NCBI GenBank assembly: GCA_036338595.1
Contig: JAYZBV010000073.1
Location: 14,635 to 78,634 of the forward strand
DNA: 64,000 bases
Source: Planctomycetota bacterium
GTDB lineage: Bacteria > Planctomycetota > UBA8108 > UBA1146
Direction: 5' to 3'
Under the pieces are notes generated by a model. It saw nothing but the letters and a program-made list of their open reading frames with translations, did no database searches and had not been told where the DNA came from. The translations under genes were made by a program, and so were the position numbers. How positions within the stretch are numbered: the first letter of the stretch is position 1; each line of letters begins with the position of its first letter. Positions 59,826 through 64,000 of the stretch are shown piece by piece.

Positions 59826-61006
59826 GCAAGGCAGTGATCTGTTCCGCCATCCGGACGCCCATCGGTCGTTTTCTGGGTGGTCTCTCGACACTCTCTGCCG
59901 CTGATCTCGGTGTGGCTGCTGTCAAACCGGCTCTCGAGAAGGCGGGTATTTCGCCTGACAGGGTCGAAGAACTGCGATTCGGATGTGGACGTCAGGCGGG
60001 CTCAGGCCCCAATGTTGCCCGCCAGGTCGCCGTGAGATCGGGCATTCCGATCGAGTCGACGGCGGTGACCGTCAACATGGCCTGCGGATCGGGATTACAG
60101 GCCATCATCGAGGCGCGAGATGCGATCGAGCGTGGCGATGCCCAGGTGATGGTGGCCGGTGGCACCGAGAGTATGTCCCAATTGCCCTTCTACATCCTCG
60201 GTGCTCGCAAGGGCTATCGCCTCGGGCAGGGGGAGATGGTCGATGGAATGTACCGAGATGGCTTTCACTGTCCGATGGCAGATCAGTTGATGGGTGCGAC
60301 GGCGGAGAATCTCGCTGAAGAGTTTTCCATCGGTCGTGACGAGCAGGATGCCTACGCAGTCGAGAGCCAGTTGCGCTGCCAGCGAGCTCGTGAAGCGGGC
60401 GTCTTTTCCGATGAGATCGCTGCCGTGGAAATCTCTGGTCGCAAGGGGCCGACGATGGTGGAAGCCGATGAGCACCCGCGAGATGGCGCCACACTCGAAG
60501 GACTCGGGCGTCTCAAGCCGGTGTTCAAGAAAGATGGCTCGATTCACGCCGGAAATTCATCGGGGATCACCGATGGCGCTTGCGCCGTTGTCATCGCTGA
60601 GAAAGAACTGGCCCAGAAGGAGGGCTGGCCGATACTCGCCACCCTGGGTGCATCGGCACGTGCCGGCGTCGAGCCCCAGAGAATGGGTATCGGGCCGGTG
60701 CCTGCGATCCGAAAGTTACTGGAAAAGACGGGTCGTAAGATCGAGGATTTTGATCTGGTCGAGTTGAACGAAGCGTTCGCCGCCCAGGTGATTGCCTGTC
60801 TCAGAGAACTCCCGATCGACAGGGAACGGCTCAATGTCAACGGCGGTTCCATCGCCCTCGGGCACCCCATCGGAGCCACCGGTGCCCGAATCACCACCAC
60901 GTTGTTGCACGAACTGAGGCGGCGCGGAGGTGGCAAGGGACTCGCGACGCTTTGCATCAGTGGTGGCATGGGGCTTGCGCTCGAGATCGATGTTCACGGT
61001 GCCTGA
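59822..61006 (+). CDS. Acetyl-CoA C-acetyltransferase (thiolase)
   Basis: NMACGSG, ELNEAF, GHPIGATG, LCISGG. Confidence 0.95.
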   Translation: MSKAVICSAIRTPIGRFLGGLSTLSAADLGVAAVKPALEKAGISPDRVEELRFGCGRQAGSGPNVARQVAVRSGIPIESTAVTVNMACGSGLQAIIEARDAIERGDAQVMVAGGTESMSQLPFYILGARKGYRLGQGEMVDGMYRDGFHCPMADQLMGATAENLAEEFSIGRDEQDAYAVESQLRCQRAREAGVFSDEIAAVEISGRKGPTMVEADEHPRDGATLEGLGRLKPVFKKDGSIHAGNSSGITDGACAVVIAEKELAQKEGWPILATLGASARAGVEPQRMGIGPVPAIRKLLEKTGRKIEDFDLVELNEAFAAQVIACLRELPIDRERLNVNGGSIALGHPIGATGARITTTLLHELRRRGGGKGLATLCISGGMGLALEIDVHGA

Positions 61007-61034
61007 ATTGTCCGGGGATCGCGCCTGAAAGGCT

Positions 61035-61253
61035 ATGTCGATGATGGTGGTGAATGGCAGACTAATGCTGGGAATTTTTCTCCTCTGTTCGGGACTGATG
61101 ATCTTCAAGTTCCCCGACATCATTCAGTATGCCCTGGCAGCAGTGCTGGTGGTCTCCGGGGCCTCGGCGATCATCTCTTCACTGAAATCACGCTCCAGCC
61201 GGAGCGAGCCGCCAGGAGCACAGTTTCGGCGCGTCGATGAGGACCAGAACTGA
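61035..61253 (+). CDS. Small two-helix membrane protein
   Basis: 72-aa ORF that fills the gap; two hydrophobic segments. Confidence 0.6.
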   Translation: MSMMVVNGRLMLGIFLLCSGLMIFKFPDIIQYALAAVLVVSGASAIISSLKSRSSRSEPPGAQFRRVDEDQN

Positions 61254-61271
61254 CTCGCGCCTGAAACTGGC

Positions 61272-62048
61272 CTAGTTGCGCTGGTGGTCGATGAGGATCA
61301 ATCGTCGAACTGCGTCGTCACCCGGGATCTGGTAACTCTCGTCGAGTGCGACGAAGAGGCGACGCTTCCACATCAGCCCTTCTACAGACTTCAACTCCTT
61401 GTCTGCAGCGGGACCCTTCCACAGCAACATCGGACCGAAGTAACTGTTGGTACACCAGCCCAGCAAGCGCTCCGTCGGTCCCACTGCACGCACGGTGATC
61501 AGATCGACCTCCTTGCGGTGATCTCGGATCCACTCCTCGAATCTGGCCCAGACACAGGTGACACGATCCTGTAGCCCCAGTTCCTCGACGATCGACTGCA
61601 GGAAATCGACCTTTTTCCGTGTCGAATCGAGCAGCGTCACCTTCAGGTGGGGGCAGGCGATGGCGATGGAGAGGCCGGGCCAGCCGGCGCCGGTTCCCAC
61701 ATCGAGAATGTGCCGGAACAGTTGCTCTCCGCCCTCCGCCAGCAGCGGCAGTGCAGCGAGAGAATCCGCCGTGTGACGGATCGCCATCGCTTCCGGGTCG
61801 GTGACCCGTGTCAAATTCATGACCTGGTTCTTCTCTCGCACCAGGAAGGCGTGACGTGCCAGCTGCTCTCTGGCGAATCCTGGCGCGAAGGGACCGAGTG
61901 CCTGGATGAATCGGTCACGGAACGGTTCCCAGGGGAGCCGATCCAGAGCTTCCGATTCGGTGCCATCCGTTTCTTCCAAGGGTCCTCCGGCAGTTCCTGA
62001 ACGATGGTTGGGAACGATCTGTGACGAGGGTACCATCGTCAGGGACAC
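61272..62048 (-). CDS. rsmG: 16S rRNA m7G527 methyltransferase RsmG (GidB)
   Basis: NQVMNLTR, RHTADS, LDVGTGAGWPG, LLDSTRKK..FL, VRAV, WKG. Confidence 0.93.
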   Translation of the reverse strand: MSLTMVPSSQIVPNHRSGTAGGPLEETDGTESEALDRLPWEPFRDRFIQALGPFAPGFAREQLARHAFLVREKNQVMNLTRVTDPEAMAIRHTADSLAALPLLAEGGEQLFRHILDVGTGAGWPGLSIAIACPHLKVTLLDSTRKKVDFLQSIVEELGLQDRVTCVWARFEEWIRDHRKEVDLITVRAVGPTERLLGWCTNSYFGPMLLWKGPAADKELKSVEGLMWKRRLFVALDESYQIPGDDAVRRLILIDHQRN

Positions 62049-62123
62049 GATGAGATGCGTCTGAGAATCGAAGTAGATGCCCGATGACTTATCGACGCAG
62101 GACTGTAGGGAGAGGAGTCAGCA

Positions 62124-63080
62124 TTGGTGGCACGACCTGAGCATTCTGGAAGTGGCTATTCGCTGCTTCCCATCGATGCCGAGCATCTGAGCCAGTTGGT
62201 CGAGCAGTTGACACCCGAGCAGCACCAGGTGACGCAGAAGTCGGGCACCGAGGCGCCCTTCTGTGGCGGCTTCCTGGCGGAGAAGACTGCCGGAATATAC
62301 GGTTGTGTGGTCTGTCATCTGCCGCTGTTTCGCTCCGATCAGAAGTTTGATTCGGGAACAGGTTGGCCCTCCTTCTTTGACACCTTTGACCCGGACCATG
62401 TATGTCAGAAGCCAGACGGTAGCCAAGGAATGGAGCGCATCGAGATCACCTGCGGGCGCTGCGATGCGCATCTGGGCCATCAGTTTTCGGATGGCCCGCC
62501 ACCGACGGGTGTTCGCCACTGCCTCAATTCGGCCTCACTTCGTTTCGTCAGCGAGGGGCAAGAGATTCCCCGTGAAGCCCCACGGCCGGGAGAAAATTCG
62601 ATTCCGAAAGCACGTGCCTGGTTTGGTGGCGGCTGATTCTGGGGAGTGGAGGATCGCTTTGCGAGCCTCGATGGCGTCGTCGATGTCATCACCGGTTACA
62701 TGGGAGGCGAGCAGGACGACCCCACCTACGAACAGGTCTGTACTGGCGAGACCGGTCACGCAGAAGCTGTGGAAGTTCACTACGATCCTGAAGTGGTCAG
62801 CTACCGAGACCTGGTTCAACTCTTCTTCGAGGTCCACGACCCGACAACTGCAGATCGACAGGGGCCAAACAGGGGCAGCCAGTATCGATCCGTGGTGTTT
62901 TGCGATGAGCCACAAGAAGTCGAGCAGGTCGAGGAAGGGATGCAGAAACAGATCGATTCCGGCACATACGGTGAGAGACCCATCGTGACCCAGGTCATCT
63001 CGCCGGCGCCAACCTTCTGGCGGGCGGAGGAGCACCACCAGCACTACTACCAGAAGCACCGGGGCTTTTGCTCACATTGA
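62124..63080 (+). CDS. msrAB: Bifunctional methionine sulfoxide reductase MsrB-MsrA with selenocysteine (TGA 62634-62636) at the MsrA active site; 318 aa, Sec171
   Basis: MsrB: GTEAPF, CVVC, DSGTGWPSF, CGRC, HLGH, RHCLNS. It continues in frame through WFGGG-TGA-FWGVE, then GYMGG, TGHAEAV, HDPT, QYRS, AEEHHQHYY. Confidence 0.9.
62649..62690 (+). promoter_or_regulatory. Two tandem hairpins after the MsrA UGA; candidate SECIS
   Basis: GAGG-A-TCGC-TTT-GCGA-G-CCTC (62649-62669), then GATGGCGTC-GTC-GATGTCATC (62670-62690, two G-U pairs). Confidence 0.45.
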
Positions 63081-63099
63081 ACTCCAGCCGTCTTCTGGC

Positions 63100-64000
63100 T
63101 CAATCCAGATGAACCACCCCCAGGGCATCGATGCGGTCGTCCTGTCCCTTGCGGGTTGATCGTTGCATGCACAGCATCCCTTCGACGAGCATCCACAACT
63201 GCAGCATCATGCCGAAGCCGAGCACGATCACCTGGGGCCACTGGATGCTAGTTGCCTGCAGTAGATCGCCCATCTTGCTGATGGCTGCCCACCCCACGGT
63301 GACGGTGAGAAAGATCAGCGGGATCAGCGTTGGCAAGATCGGTCGGCCCCTCCGGGCCTGCCAGGTGGTCAACACGACCAGCGTCAGGCTGGCCAGCAGT
63401 TGATTCGTGACGCCGAAGATGGGCCACAGTACCAGCCCCCCTTTTCCGCCCTGGTCTGCCATCAGCGCCAGCGCCGCTGCCGAGGTCACTGCCAGTGCGG
63501 TGGCGATATGCCTGTTAGCGAGCAGCCTGGGGCCGGTTGCGCGGGCGAGTTCCTCGATGACATAGCGCTGTATCCGTGTCGCGCTGTCCATCGTCGTCGC
63601 TGCGAACGAGATGATCACGACGGTGATCACGGTGGCCAGGAATGCCGGCGAAAAGAAGGGCAGTGCTGCACCGATGAAGGCCGCCCCGCCCTCGATGAAT
63701 CCCGACAACCTCGGCAGCAGTGCTCCCTTGCCGACCCACGCCGACGAGTACTTCGATGCCCACTCCTCGCCGTTGGCGAATCCCGCAGCCGAGACGCAAC
63801 ACAGGATCACAATCACCGCCAGCCCTCCCTCGAGCACCATGGCACCGAAACCGATGCTGCGGGCGTCCTTTTCGCTGGCGAGTTGCTTGGAAGTCGTGCC
63901 GCTGGCGACCATGCAATGGAACCCGCTGACAGCGCCACAGGCGATCGTGATGAACAGAAATGGAAACAGCAGAGGAGCATCTTCTGGTGGGGATGGATTG
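63100..64000 (-). CDS. cstA: Carbon starvation protein A (CstA) family transporter, 5'-truncated by the window edge
   Basis: FPFLFITIACGAVSGFH...SGTTSKQL, IGFGAMVLEG, FAATTMDSATR, LWPIFGVTNQLLA. Confidence 0.93.
   Translation of the reverse strand, partial: NPSPPEDAPLLFPFLFITIACGAVSGFHCMVASGTTSKQLASEKDARSIGFGAMVLEGGLAVIVILCCVSAAGFANGEEWASKYSSAWVGKGALLPRLSGFIEGGAAFIGAALPFFSPAFLATVITVVIISFAATTMDSATRIQRYVIEELARATGPRLLANRHIATALAVTSAAALALMADQGGKGGLVLWPIFGVTNQLLASLTLVVLTTWQARRGRPILPTLIPLIFLTVTVGWAAISKMGDLLQATSIQWPQVIVLGFGMMLQLWMLVEGMLCMQRSTRKGQDDRIDALGVVHLD

Noticed and set aside
1..64000. Genome-wide UGA reassignment (code 4 or 25)
   Set aside because: Many conserved genes (sucC, mdh, glmM, hbd, icmF) end at TGA at their expected C-termini, often in start/stop overlaps.

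Overview
A GC-rich, densely packed bacterial chromosome segment. It is most likely Planctomycetota, inferred from the prenyltransferase-repeat/PQQ/coiled-coil cluster, the recO-BamD-like-lptE-folP-cdaA order, a Tat-exported Gfo/Idh/MocA enzyme and a cohesin/dockerin-like M4 peptidase. I found no rRNA, tRNA, CRISPR array or mobile element. Contents in order: the 3' part of an uncharacterised exported-protein cluster (1-11.6 kb); corC-like, recO, BamD-like, lptE, folP, cdaA, cdaR, glmM; a yhaM-like gene; sucCD-mdh; an XRE regulator and a DHH phosphoesterase; a sensorless histidine kinase and sigma54 activator upstream of a sigma54-type promoter for dnaK; prkA-yeaH-spoVR; icmF; a heptaheme cytochrome/FGE-fold/ApbE/Tat oxidoreductase module; an ABC-2 exporter; a large M4 peptidase; hbd-ACAD-meaB-ACAD-thiolase; rsmG; msrB-msrA; and partial cstA. 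The main result is two in-frame TGA codons that the ORF track treats as stops. One sits exactly at the catalytic Cys of MsrA (GGG-U-FWG), giving a selenocysteine MsrB-MsrA fusion. The other lies mid-gene in an exported protein of the prenyltransferase-repeat cluster and is followed by a SECIS-like hairpin and 127 more in-frame codons, making it a candidate new selenoprotein. Both TGAs have a downstream hairpin with the same C-GUC-G tip. All protein-family calls come from motif recognition, not database searches.
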